Origin: Macrostomum lignano
Lineage: Eukaryota
Assembly (NCBI GenBank): GCA_002269645.1
Contig: NIVC01000199.1
Span: 372,001-436,000, forward strand
DNA: 64,000 nt
Direction: 5' to 3'
Shown here: positions 10,940-23,330 of the stretch, in pieces
Layout of the letters: every line of letters starts with the position of its first letter
How positions within the stretch are numbered: position 1 is the first letter of the stretch
Position numbers and translations under genes: made by a program
The notes under the pieces: model-generated
Database searches by the model: none
What the model saw: the letters and a program-made list of their open reading frames with translations, nothing else
Told to the model about the DNA's origin: nothing

Positions 10940-11674
10940 AAAGGGGATGTCAACTTAAGCACCAGAATGGAGCCCGAAGTTCAGCTCCGGCCCAAACCGA
11001 CTGCAATCGATAACTTGTCGGCCCAGACGACTAGAATCGCCGAGACATCCCATCCGGCTCCCTTCCTTGGGGTCCCAGGGGATAAAGGGGATAAAATGGG
11101 GATCTCATGTCAACTTAAGGCTCTGGAATGGAGCCCGAAGTTCAGCTCCGGACCAAACCGACTGCAATCGATAACTTGTCGGCCCAGACGACTAGAATCG
11201 CCGAGACATCCCATCCGGCTCCCTTCCTTGGGGTCCCAGGGGATAAAGGGGATAAAATGGGGATCTCATGTCAACTTAAGGCTCTGGAATGGAGCCCGAA
11301 GTTCAGCTCCGGACCAAACCGACTGCAATCGATAACTTGTCGGCCCAGACGACTAGAATCGCCGAGACATCCCATCCGGCTCCCTTCCTTGGGGTCCCAG
11401 GGGATAAAGGGGATAAAATGGGGATCTCATGTCAACTTAAGGCTCTGGAATGGAGCCCGAAGTTCAGCTCCGGACCAAACCGACTGCAATCGATAACTTG
11501 TCGGCCCAGACGACTAGAATCGCCGAGACATCCCATCCGGCTCCTTTTCTTGGGGTCCCAGGGGATAAAGGGGATAAAATGGGGATCTCATGTCAACTTA
11601 AGGCTCTGGAATGGAGCCCGAAGTTCAGCTCCGGCCCAAACCGACTGAAATCGATAACTTGTCGGCCCAGACGA
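10940..11674 (+). repeat. 161-bp satellite, left arm, about 4.6 copies
   Basis: Period 161 (unit starts 10967, 11128, 11289, 11450, 11611). Confidence 0.97.
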
Positions 11675-12242
11675 TTATTACATTCAAAACATTCGTGTCA
11701 AGGAGGTTCTCGATAGCTACGAAGGTGACTCCTGGAGAGACTTTGATTTACACATCCAAGCCGCCGGGAGTGTTGGAAGTTTCGGCAAGCGACGCCGCTA
11801 GAAAACTGGAGCAACCGATTCGGTCGGTGGCATCCGTCTTGATTTTTCTTGATTTGATTTTGTCGTTTTCTCGCGCCATAATTCAAAATCCTACCGCGTG
11901 ATTCTTAGAGTGTGTGACAGCAGCGGACAATCGCTTTGGTTTTAGAGATCCAGGATTGCAACTTCTTCCTGGCTTCTACTCGTCAGCAAAAGCAGGAAGT
12001 AGGACTGCAGGCTGCGATTGTCATGTACGAGCGTAATGGCAGTGCTCAAACTCCTGGGCTGCTACGCTTACCACCAAGATACATATGTAGCTATCGAAGG
12101 TCTGGTGCCGGCCTTCGCTTTGTTGATTTCGCTCTTCCACGCAGCCTTGTTGCCAGACTTTATGCTAGAGAAAACGCTTTACCACAGCAGCGAAAGCCTA
12201 CTGAGCAACAGTTTAGAGGCCAGCGAGAGGAGTTTCAGTCAG

Positions 12243-15200
12243 CCCAAGGAAGGGAGCCGGATGGGATGTCTCGGCGATTCTAGTCGTCTGGGCCGACAAG
12301 TTATCGATTGCAGTCGGTTTGGTCCGGAGCTGAACTTCGGGCTCCATTCCAGAGCCTTAAGTTGACATGAGATCCCCATTTTATCCCCTTTATCCCCTGG
12401 GACCCCAAGGAAGGGAGCCGGATGGGATGTCTCGGCGATTCTAGTCGTCTGGGCCGACAAGTTATCGATTGCAGTCGGTTTGGGCCGGAGCTGAACTTCG
12501 GGCTCCATTCCAGAGCCTTAAGTTGACATGAGATCCCCATTTTATCCCCTTTATCCCCTGGGACCCCAAGGAAGGGAGCCGGATGGGATGTCTCGGCGAT
12601 TCTAGTCGTCTGGGCCGACAAGTTATCGATTGCAGTCGGTTTGGTCCGGAGCTGAACTTCGGGCTCCATTCCAGAGCCTTAAGTTGACATGAGATCCCCA
12701 TTTTATCCCCTTTATCCCCTGGGACCCCAAGGAAGGGAGCCGGATGGGATGTCTCGGCGATTCTAGTCGTCTGGGCCGACAAGTTATCGATTGCAGTCGG
12801 TTTGGGCCGGAGCTGAACTTCGGGCTCCATTCCAGAGCCTTAAGTTGACATGAGATCCCCATTTTATCCCCTTTATCCCCTGGGACCCCAAGGAAGGGAG
12901 CCGGATGGGATGTCTCGGCGATTCTAGTCGTCTGGGCCGACAAGTTATCGATTGCAGTCGGTTTGGGCCGGAGCTGAACTTCGGGCTCCATTCCAGAGCC
13001 TTAAGTTGACATGAGATCCCCATTTTATCCCCTTTATCCCCTGGGACCCCAAGGAAGGGAGCCGGATGGGATGTCTCGGCGATTCTAGTCGTCTGGGCCG
13101 ACAAGTTATCGATTGCAGTCGGTTTGGTCCGGAGCTGAACTTCGGGCTCCATTCCAGAGCCTTAAGTTGACATGAGATCCCCATTTTATCCCCTTTATCC
13201 CCTGGGACCCCAAGGAAGGGAGCCGGATGGGATGTCTCGGCGATTCTAGTCGTCTGGGCCGACAAGTTATCGATTGCAGTCGGTTTGGTCCGGAGCTGAA
13301 CTTCGGGCTCCATTCCAGAGCCTTAAGTTGACATGAGATCCCCATTTTATCCCCTTTATCCCCTGGGACCCCAAGGAAGGGAGCCGGATGGGATGTCTCG
13401 GCGATTCTAGTCGTCTGGGCCGACAAGTTATCGATTGCAGTCGGTTTGGTCCGGAGCTGAACTTCGGGCTCCATTCCAGAGCCTTAAGTTGACATGAGAT
13501 CCCCATTTTATCCCCTTTATCCCCTGGGACCCCAAGGAAGGGAGCCGGATGGGATGTCTCGGCGATTCTAGTCGTCTGGGCCGACAAGTTATCGATTGCA
13601 GTCGGTTTGGTCCGGAGCTGAACTTCGGGCTCCATTCCAGAGCCTTAAGTTGACATGAGATCCCCATTTTATCCCCTTTATCCCCTGGGACCCCAAGGAA
13701 GGGAGCCGGATGGGATGTCTCGGCGATTCTAGTCGTCTGGGCCGACAAGTTATCGATTGCAGTCGGTTTGGTCCGGAGCTGAACTTCGGGCTCCATTCCA
13801 GAGCCTTAAGTTGACATGAGATCCCCATTTTATCCCCTTTATCCCCTGGGACCCCAAGGAAGGGAGCCGGATGGGATGTCTCGGCGATTCTAGTCGTCTG
13901 GGCCGACAAGTTATCGATTGCAGTCGGTTTGGTCCGGAGCTGAACTTCGGGCTCCATTCCAGAGCCTTAAGTTGACATGAGATCCCCATTTTATCCCCTT
14001 TATCCCCTGGGACCCCAAGGAAGGGAGCCGGATGGGATGTCTCGGCGATTCTAGTCGTCTGGGCCGACAAGTTATCGATTGCAGTCGGTTTGGTCCGGAG
14101 CTGAACTTCGGGCTCCATTCCAGAGCCTTAAGTTGACATGAGATCCCCATTTTATCCCCTTTATCCCCTGGGACCCCAAGGAAGGGAGCCGGATGGGATG
14201 TCTCGGCGATTCTAGTCGTCTGGGCCGACAAGTTATCGATTGCAGTCGGTTTGGTCCGGAGCTGAACTTCGGGCTCCATTCCAGAGCCTTAAGTTGACAT
14301 GAGATCCCCATTTTATCCCCTTTATCCCCTGGGACCCCAAGGAAGGGAGCCGGATGGGATGTCTCGGCGATTCTAGTCGTCTGGGCCGACAAGTTATCGA
14401 TTGCAGTCGGTTTGGGCCGGAGCTGAACTTCGGGCTCCATTCCAGAGCCTTAAGTTGACATGAGATCCCCATTTTATCCCCTTTATCCCCTGGGACCCCA
14501 AGGAAGGGAGCCGGATGGGATGTCTCGGCGATTCTAGTCGTCTGGGCCGACAAGTTATCGATTGCAGTCGGTTTGGGCCGGAGCTGAACTTCGGGCTCCA
14601 TTCCAGAGCCTTAAGTTGACATGAGATCCCCATTTTATCCCCTTTATCCCCTGGGACCCCAAGGAAGGGAGCCGGATGGGATGTCTCGGCGATTCTAGTC
14701 GTCTGGGCCGACAAGTTATCGATTGCAGTCGGTTTGGTCCGGAGCTGAACTTCGGGCTCCATTCCAGAGCCTTAAGTTGACATGAGATCCCCATTTTATC
14801 CCCTTTATCCCCTGGGACCCCAAGGAAGGGAGCCGGATGGGATGTCTCGGCGATTCTAGTCGTCTGGGCCGACAAGTTATCGATTGCAGTCGGTTTGGTC
14901 CGGAGCTGAACTTCGGGCTCCATTCCAGAGCCTTAAGTTGACATGAGATCCCCATTTTATCCCCTTTATCCCCTGGGACCCCAAGGAAGGGAGCCGGATG
15001 GGATGTCTCGGCGATTCTAGTCGTCTGGGCCGACAAGTTATCGATTGCAGTCGGTTTGGTCCGGAGCTGAACTTCGGGCTCCATTCCAGAGCCTTAAGTT
15101 GACATGAGATCCCCATTTTATCCCCTTTATCCCCTGGGACCCCAAGGAAGGGAGCCGGATGGGATGTCTCGGCGATTCTAGTCGTCTGGGCCGACAAGTT

Positions 15201-18200
15201 ATCGATTGCAGTCGGTTTGGTCCGGAGCTGAACTTCGGGCTCCATTCCAGAGCCTTAAGTTGACATGAGATCCCCATTTTATCCCCTTTATCCCCTGGGA
15301 CCCCAAGGAAGGGAGCCGGATGGGATGTCTCGGCGATTCTAGTCGTCTGGGCCGACAAGTTATCGATTGCAGTCGGTTTGGTCCGGAGCTGAACTTCGGG
15401 CTCCATTCCAGAGCCTTAAGTTGACATGAGATCCCCATTTTATCCCCTTTATCCCCTGGGACCCCAAGGAAGGGAGCCGGATGGGATGTCTCGGCGATTC
15501 TAGTCGTCTGGGCCGACAAGTTATCGATTGCAGTCGGTTTGGTCCGGAGCTGAACTTCGGGCTCCATTCCAGAGCCTTAAGTTGACATGAGATCCCCATT
15601 TTATCCCCTTTATCCCCTGGGACCCCAAGGAAGGGAGCCGGATGGGATGTCTCGGCGATTCTAGTCGTCTGGGCCGACAAGTTATCGATTGCAGTCGGTT
15701 TGGTCCGGAGCTGAACTTCGGGCTCCATTCCAGAGCCTTAAGTTGACATGAGATCCCCATTTTATCCCCTTTATCCCCTGGGACCCCAAGGAAGGGAGCC
15801 GGATGGGATGTCTCGGCGATTCTAGTCGTCTGGGCCGACAAGTTATCGATTGCAGTCGGTTTGGTCCGGAGCTGAACTTCGGGCTCCATTCCAGAGCCTT
15901 AAGTTGACATGAGATCCCCATTTTATCCCCTTTATCCCCTGGGACCCCAAGGAAGGGAGCCGGATGGGATGTCTCGGCGATTCTAGTCGTCTGGGCCGAC
16001 AAGTTATCGATTGCAGTCGGTTTGGTCCGGAGCTGAACTTCGGGCTCCATTCCAGAGCCTTAAGTTGACATGAGATCCCCATTTTATCCCCTTTATCCCC
16101 TGGGACCCCAAGGAAGGGAGCCGGATGGGATGTCTCGGCGATTCTAGTCGTCTGGGCCGACAAGTTATCGATTGCAGTCGGTTTGGTCCGGAGCTGAACT
16201 TCGGGCTCCATTCCAGAGCCTTAAGTTGACATGAGATCCCCATTTTATCCCCTTTATCCCCTGGGACCCCAAGGAAGGGAGCCGGATGGGATGTCTCGGC
16301 GATTCTAGTCGTCTGGGCCGACAAGTTATCGATTGCAGTCGGTTTGGGCCGGAGCTGAACTTCGGGCTCCATTCCAGAGCCTTAAGTTGACATGAGATCC
16401 CCATTTTATCCCCTTTATCCCCTGGGACCCCAAGGAAGGGAGCCGGATGGGATGTCTCGGCGATTCTAGTCGTCTGGGCCGACAAGTTATCGATTGCAGT
16501 CGGTTTGGTCCGGAGCTGAACTTCGGGCTCCATTCCAGAGCCTTAAGTTGACATGAGATCCCCATTTTATCCCCTTTATCCCCTGGGACCCCAAGGAAGG
16601 GAGCCGGATGGGATGTCTCGGCGATTCTAGTCGTCTGGGCCGACAAGTTATCGATTGCAGTCGGTTTGGTCCGGAGCTGAACTTCGGGCTCCATTCCAGA
16701 GCCTTAAGTTGACATGAGATCCCCATTTTATCCCCTTTATCCCCTGGGACCCCAAGGAAGGGAGCCGGATGGGATGTCTCGGCGATTCTAGTCGTCTGGG
16801 CCGACAAGTTATCGATTGCAGTCGGTTTGGTCCGGAGCTGAACTTCGGGCTCCATTCCAGAGCCTTAAGTTGACATGAGATCCCCATTTTATCCCCTTTA
16901 TCCCCTGGGACCCCAAGGAAGGGAGCCGGATGGGATGTCTCGGCGATTCTAGTCGTCTGGGCCGACAAGTTATCGATTGCAGTCGGTTTGGTCCGGAGCT
17001 GAACTTCGGGCTCCATTCCAGAGCCTTAAGTTGACATGAGATCCCCATTTTATCCCCTTTATCCCCTGGGACCCCAAGGAAGGGAGCCGGATGGGATGTC
17101 TCGGCGATTCTAGTCGTCTGGGCCGACAAGTTATCGATTGCAGTCGGTTTGGTCCGGAGCTGAACTTCGGGCTCCATTCCAGAGCCTTAAGTTGACATGA
17201 GATCCCCATTTTATCCCCTTTATCCCCTGGGACCCCAAGGAAGGGAGCCGGATGGGATGTCTCGGCGATTCTAGTCGTCTGGGCCGACAAGTTATCGATT
17301 GCAGTCGGTTTGGTCCGGAGCTGAACTTCGGGCTCCATTCCAGAGCCTTAAGTTGACATGAGATCCCCATTTTATCCCCTTTATCCCCTGGGACCCCAAG
17401 GAAGGGAGCCGGATGGGATGTCTCGGCGATTCTAGTCGTCTGGGCCGACAAGTTATCGATTGCAGTCGGTTTGGTCCGGAGCTGAACTTCGGGCTCCATT
17501 CCAGAGCCTTAAGTTGACATGAGATCCCCATTTTATCCCCTTTATCCCCTGGGACCCCAAGGAAGGGAGCCGGATGGGATGTCTCGGCGATTCTAGTCGT
17601 CTGGGCCGACAAGTTATCGATTGCAGTCGGTTTGGTCCGGAGCTGAACTTCGGGCTCCATTCCAGAGCCTTAAGTTGACATGAGATCCCCATTTTATCCC
17701 CTTTATCCCCTGGGACCCCAAGGAAGGGAGCCGGATGGGATGTCTCGGCGATTCTAGTCGTCTGGGCCGACAAGTTATCGATTGCAGTCGGTTTGGTCCG
17801 GAGCTGAACTTCGGGCTCCATTCCAGAGCCTTAAGTTGACATGAGATCCCCATTTTATCCCCTTTATCCCCTGGGACCCCAAGGAAGGGAGCCGGATGGG
17901 ATGTCTCGGCGATTCTAGTCGTCTGGGCCGACAAGTTATCGATTGCAGTCGGTTTGGTCCGGAGCTGAACTTCGGGCTCCATTCCAGAGCCTTAAGTTGA
18001 CATGAGATCCCCATTTTATCCCCTTTATCCCCTGGGACCCCAAGGAAGGGAGCCGGATGGGATGTCTCGGCGATTCTAGTCGTCTGGGCCGACAAGTTAT
18101 CGATTGCAGTCGGTTTGGTCCGGAGCTGAACTTCGGGCTCCATTCCAGAGCCTTAAGTTGACATGAGATCCCCATTTTATCCCCTTTATCCCCTGGGACC

Positions 18201-19779
18201 CCAAGGAAGGGAGCCGGATGGGATGTCTCGGCGATTCTAGTCGTCTGGGCCGACAAGTTATCGATTGCAGTCGGTTTGGTCCGGAGCTGAACTTCGGGCT
18301 CCATTCCAGAGCCTTAAGTTGACATGAGATCCCCATTTTATCCCCTTTATCCCCTGGGACCCCAAGGAAGGGAGCCGGATGGGATGTCTCGGCGATTCTA
18401 GTCGTCTGGGCCGACAAGTTATCGATTGCAGTCGGTTTGGTCCGGAGCTGAACTTCGGGCTCCATTCCAGAGCCTTAAGTTGACATGAGATCCCCATTTT
18501 ATCCCCTTTATCCCCTGGGACCCCAAGGAAGGGAGCCGGATGGGATGTCTCGGCGATTCTAGTCGTCTGGGCCGACAAGTTATCGATTGCAGTCGGTTTG
18601 GTCCGGAGCTGAACTTCGGGCTCCATTCCAGAGCCTTAAGTTGACATGAGATCCCCATTTTATCCCCTTTATCCCCTGGGACCCCAAGGAAGGGAGCCGG
18701 ATGGGATGTCTCGGCGATTCTAGTCGTCTGGGCCGACAAGTTATCGATTGCAGTCGGTTTGGGCCGGAGCTGAACTTCGGGCTCCATTCCAGAGCCTTAA
18801 GTTGACATGAGATCCCCATTTTATCCCCTTTATCCCCTGGGACCCCAAGGAAGGGAGCCGGATGGGATGTCTCGGCGATTCTAGTCGTCTGGGCCGACAA
18901 GTTATCGATTGCAGTCGGTTTGGTCCGGAGCTGAACTTCGGGCTCCATTCCAGAGCCTTAAGTTGACATGAGATCCCCATTTTATCCCCTTTATCCCCTG
19001 GGACCCCAAGGAAGGGAGCCGGATGGGATGTCTCGGCGATTCTAGTCGTCTGGGCCGACAAGTTATCGATTGCAGTCGGTTTGGTCCGGAGCTGAACTTC
19101 GGGCTCCATTCCAGAGCCTTAAGTTGACATGAGATCCCCATTTTATCCCCTTTATCCCCTGGGACCCCAAGGAAGGGAGCCGGATGGGATGTCTCGGCGA
19201 TTCTAGTCGTCTGGGCCGACAAGTTATCGATTGCAGTCGGTTTGGTCCGGAGCTGAACTTCGGGCTCCATTCCAGAGCCTTAAGTTGACATGAGATCCCC
19301 ATTTTATCCCCTTTATCCCCTGGGACCCCAAGGAAGGGAGCCGGATGGGATGTCTCGGCGATTCTAGTCGTCTGGGCCGACAAGTTATCGATTGCAGTCG
19401 GTTTGGTCCGGAGCTGAACTTCGGGCTCCATTCCAGAGCCTTAAGTTGACATGAGATCCCCATTTTATCCCCTTTATCCCCTGGGACCCCAAGGAAGGGA
19501 GCCGGATGGGATGTCTCGGCGATTCTAGTCGTCTGGGCCGACAAGTTATCGATTGCAGTCGGTTTGGGCCGGAGCTGAACTTCGGGCTCCATTCTGGTGC
19601 TTAAGTTGACATGAGATCCCCATTTTATCCCCTTTATCCCCTGGGACCCCAAGGAAGGGAGCCGGATGGGATGTCTCGGCGATTCTAGTCGTCTGGGCCG
19701 ACAAGTTATCGATTGCAGTCGGTTTGGGCCGGAGCTGAACTTCGGGCTCCATTCTGGTGCTTAAGTTGACATCCCCTTT
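12243..19779 (-). repeat. 161-bp satellite, right arm (inverted), about 47 near-identical copies
   Basis: Exact 161-bp periodicity from 12347 to 19753. Units differ mainly at one site (GGACC vs GGCCC). Confidence 0.98.
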
Positions 19780-20214
19780 ATGTAAGGGCCTCTTATAGAT
19801 CTGCCCCACTCCTAATGCCCTTTCTTTTGCCCCCTTTGTTGTACATGTAACTCCTTTAGGGAGATCTGTGCAACCATTTTTGTTATTATATAGCATTATC
19901 TGTTTTGCTCAAAAAATTTTAGTAAGAAGGAGCCCCAAGCTGCTCCCATACTATGTTTACGCTGAATTCTAGCCTCTCTCAGTTGCGAACCCCATTTAAT
20001 GTGAGCTCGTTTGGGCACCCCATTTTAATCAACCAGGTGGCTCCGGAGCACAGACCATATAGAATAGAACTAGCAATCTTCGCCCCCCGATGGGGGGCAT
20101 CTAGATAGAATCTCTGGCTCTCTACAAGTATCAAAAAGACGGCCAAAAAAGTCTTCACATAGACAATAGAAAAACTGCTCAAATGAAGTGCAATGCAAAA
20201 AGAAAACATCCTAG

Positions 20215-21085
20215 GACAGCAAGCAACCCCCCAGATAGCAAGCATCTCCAGATAGCAAGCACCCCCAGATAGCAAGCACCCCCAGATAGCAAGCACCCCC
20301 AGATAGCAAGCACCCCCAGATAGCAAGCACCCCCAGATCGCAAGCATCTCCAGATAGCAAGCACCCCCAGATAGCAGGCACCCCAGATAGCAAGCATCCA
20401 CCTAATAGCAAGCACCCCAAGATAGCAAGCATCCACCTAATAGCAAGCACCCTTAGAAAGCAAGCACCTACAGATAGCAAGCATCCCCAGATAGCAAGCA
20501 CCCCCAGATAGCAAGCATCTCCAGATAGCAAGCACCCCCAGATAGCAGGCAACCCAGATAGCAAGCATCCACCTAATAGCAAGCACCCCAAGATAGCAAG
20601 CATCCACCTAATAGCAAGCACCCTTAGAAAGCAAGCACCCCCAGTTAGCAAGCACCCTTAGATAGCAAGCACCCCCCAGATAGCAAGCACCCTCAGATAG
20701 CAGGCACCCCAGATAGCAAGCATCCACCTAATAGCAAGCACTCCAAGATAGCAGGCACCCCAGATAGCAAGCATCCACCTAATAGCAAGCACCCCCAGAT
20801 AGCTAGAACCCCCAAGATAGCAAGCATCCCCCCCAGATAGCATGCACCCCCAGATAGCACGCATCTCCAGATAGCAAGCACTCCAAGATAGCAGGCACCC
20901 CAGATAGCAAGCATCCACCTAATAGCAAGCACCCTTAGATAGCAAGCACCCCCAGATAGCAAGCACCCCCAGATAGCAAGCACCCCCAGATAGCAAGCAC
21001 CCCCAGATAGCAAGCACCCCCAGATAGCAAGCACCCGGCCCAGATAGCACGCATCTCCAGATAGCAAGCACTCCAAGATAGTAGG
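20215..21085. repeat. 17-18-bp minisatellite (CCCCCAGATAGCAAGCA)n
   Basis: Period 17 is directly visible. Confidence 0.95.
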
Positions 21086-21091
21086 CACCCC

Positions 21092-21350
21092 ATTTATGTT
21101 TGACATGGTAGCTGTTTTGTGTTTGACATTGTGGCTTTTTAATGTTTGACCTGGTGGCACTTTAATGTATGCAATGATGGCTCTTTAATGTCTGACATGG
21201 AGTCACTTATACGCTTGACATGGTGGCTCTTTAATATTTGACATGGTGGCACTTTAATGTCTGAAATGAAGTCATGTATGTACGCTTGACATGGTGACTC
21301 GTTGATGTTTGACATAGTGGCTCTTTTATGTTCGACATGGTGGCTCTTTA
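21092..21350. repeat. Degenerate 23-bp minisatellite (TTTAATGTTTGACATGGTGGCTC)n
   Basis: Same unit as the array at 33230-40440. Confidence 0.85.
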
Positions 21351-21559
21351 ATGTTCTCCGGACCCCTACCTCGCGGTTATCATTTTTATTGCTGCCTGAA
21401 TTCACTCACCCACCCCACCCCCATAGAACCCCACCCCCACCCCACCCCTGTTCCCTGTCCACCCCAACACTGTTCTCACTCCCTGTATGTGATCTTTATT
21501 TATTTTTGCTCATTGTCCCCATTGCTTATTTTGTTTGCCCCTGTACTTTCTGCCGCCTC

Positions 21560-22420
21560 TTTGATTCTCCGCGACTGCCGTGACTGACGACCCAATGCTG
21601 GGAGGTGCCGAGAGTCGCCACTCGACCCGGCGGCGCTACTGGACATGTTTGGCCGAGCCAATGGCCATCCCGATGGCTGTATGAACTGATGGACGAAGTC
21701 AGCGCTGTGACGCTAGCCCCGAGCCAGAAGCCGTCCGGTCTCTGGAGCCGGACCGGCACAAAACGTCGCCACTGCCGCCCACGAATTGGTCCAGCGATTC
21801 CAGCTACCAGCTACCGGCCCACCATCTTCCTAGGAGGCGGCACCAACGTCCGAGCCCGACACACGCGTAGCAGCTGTCGGAACTGCTGCTATGGGAACTT
21901 GCGAGCGAGGCCAGGGCCCGCCACTTCAGCAACTGCCCCCATTGGAGCCGTCTGGCCCAACGATACGGGCCACAGGCGGCCGCCCAAGCGGTAGTGATGA
22001 CGGCCGATCTACTAGGCGAGCGTCTACGTGTCGGGACGTCCGGCCCACAACTCGGCCCCGTCTGCTCGTTGATCGCCCTGGGAGTCGATCACTCGGCCAG
22101 AGCTAGGTCTAGGTCGACTAGGTCGGCCAGACTATAGGTCGAGGAATGCCGCCGACGGTCCTTCCTGTAGCTGTGCCGCAACGCCCGCATTGCCAGCTCA
22201 GCCCCGGCCGGAGCGGATCCGCGGGGAGCGCGCCCTGCCAACTGCGGAGGCCGCGCGACCGCCACCCGAAGCCGCTACCCCTAGACAGCCGGGGACGACG
22301 TCTGTCGCCACGCTAGTGCACGGCGCCTCCGTGCCTGTGGTAGAGTGGGCTACCACTGATGCGTTCCGGCTTCGTCATTGCGCCCTTTTGCTGGTTCCGC
22401 GCCTGGCCCCTTCATTGGTG
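21560..22420 (+). other. GC-rich degenerate coding-like island, possibly a retroelement gag/ORF1 relic
   Basis: GC-rich with fragmented ORFs. A knuckle-like RACGRVGYH*C lies near 22330-22365. There is no firm family match. Confidence 0.3.
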
Positions 22421-22869
22421 TCCCGATCGTCCCCCTTTTGGTCCTCCCTAGTCTCCCCATCGTTGGTTTTTATATATTTTTTCGCCATTTATTTTTTTGT
22501 TCTTTTTGCTGTTTTCAAAGCGTTGACTAAACCCCGGAACTCCCTTTTCACCGGTTGCCCCATGCCCTGGCGATAATTTTTATGTTGCATATACATGTAT
22601 TTACGGTTCGGAATGTCCCGGTCTGTTGACTTTTCCTCCAACTGTCCTTCCCCTTTTACTTTTCACCTTTTGTCATTTCTCGATTCTTCCCTTTTCCCGC
22701 CTTTTGTATAGCTAACTATTGAACTAAACTTGTTCTGATCAAGCGTTAATCAGTACTCTAGCTTTCGCACCGCGGCTCTGCCGGATCACCTCACCTCGAT
22801 TGTACAGTCGCGACCGAACCGGATAAACTAAGCAATTCAGCATTATTGCAATAGCTAAATAAACACTAT

Positions 22870-23020
22870 TATTTATTCTTTGAAAAATAAGCCTAGGCTG
22901 CCTACATATCTTTGAGTACTTTGCCCGTGGGGCGTAAAATAACCAATTCTCAACTGTAAGCAAGCTCTGAGAATCTAACGGTCTGCAATACGTTAATTAG
23001 GGTGGTGGCAGCTACGCTAC
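22870..23020. repeat. Dispersed repeat, diverged inverted homologue of about 41530-41680
   Basis: Shared blocks GCTGCCACCACC.TAATT, TCTCAGAGCT, TTGGTT.TTTTAC..CCACGGGCAAA. Confidence 0.65.
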
Positions 23021-23092
23021 TCATAGTAAGCTTAACGCAAATGTAGTAGACATATTGGACAAGTTTTTCATATAGATTATAGTATTAAATTC

Positions 23093-23330
23093 GGTATCCA
23101 TGCTTTTCAGTGCCTGTGCTTTTTGGTTCCCGGCATTTTGGTGCTTTAGTTTGCGTTTTGGTACCTAAATTATTAAGGGCCTAGGCCCCAATTAGAATTA
23201 AAACAAAAATATAGAAAATGAGCCCTAATTAAGGCTAATTTAGCAGTGTGTTGCAGTACTTCTTTACTTTATAAAAACTAAGGTATTATTCATTTTGTTA
23301 AGCTGACACTGACCTAGTATTTTAATTAAA
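23093..23330 (+). mobile_element. Older, solo copy of the left end of the 23556-29875 element
   Basis: GGTATCCATGCTTTTCAGTGCC... through TATTCATTTTGTTAAGCTGAC aligns to 23556-23770. Confidence 0.75.

Larger units (their letters stand above)
10940..19779. mobile_element. Foldback-like element: inverted arms of a 161-bp tandem repeat around a 568-bp spacer
   Basis: Both outer ends carry the same variant terminus AAAGGGGATGTCAACTTAAGCACCAGAATGG in inverted orientation. No TSD is seen. Confidence 0.65.
20070..21350 (-). mobile_element. Non-autonomous Helitron/Helentron-like element, copy 1 (3' end intact, 5' part missing)
   Basis: Minus strand reads hairpin GCCCCCC-ATC-GGGGGGC, 8 nt, then CTAG|T (20070-20073). 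Internal to this are a 17-bp array and then a 23-bp array, the same layout as 32653-41045. Confidence 0.75.

Noticed and set aside
10940-19779. 161-bp array as a CRISPR array or ribozyme-bearing satellite
   Set aside because: There are no unique spacers and no cas genes, and the context is eukaryotic. No CUGANGA/GAAA hammerhead core was found on either strand. The GGCCGAC/GTCGGTT stem encloses too few bases for an HDV fold.
10967-19896. Dozens of identical 122-aa ORFs (MEPEVQLR...)
   Set aside because: These are by-products of the 161-bp repeat. The period is not a multiple of 3, the ORFs overlap each other, and no domain is recognisable.
19979-21160. Cys/Leu/Trp-rich ORFs (also at 32738-33036 and 48198-48868)
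   Set aside because: These are minisatellite translations.
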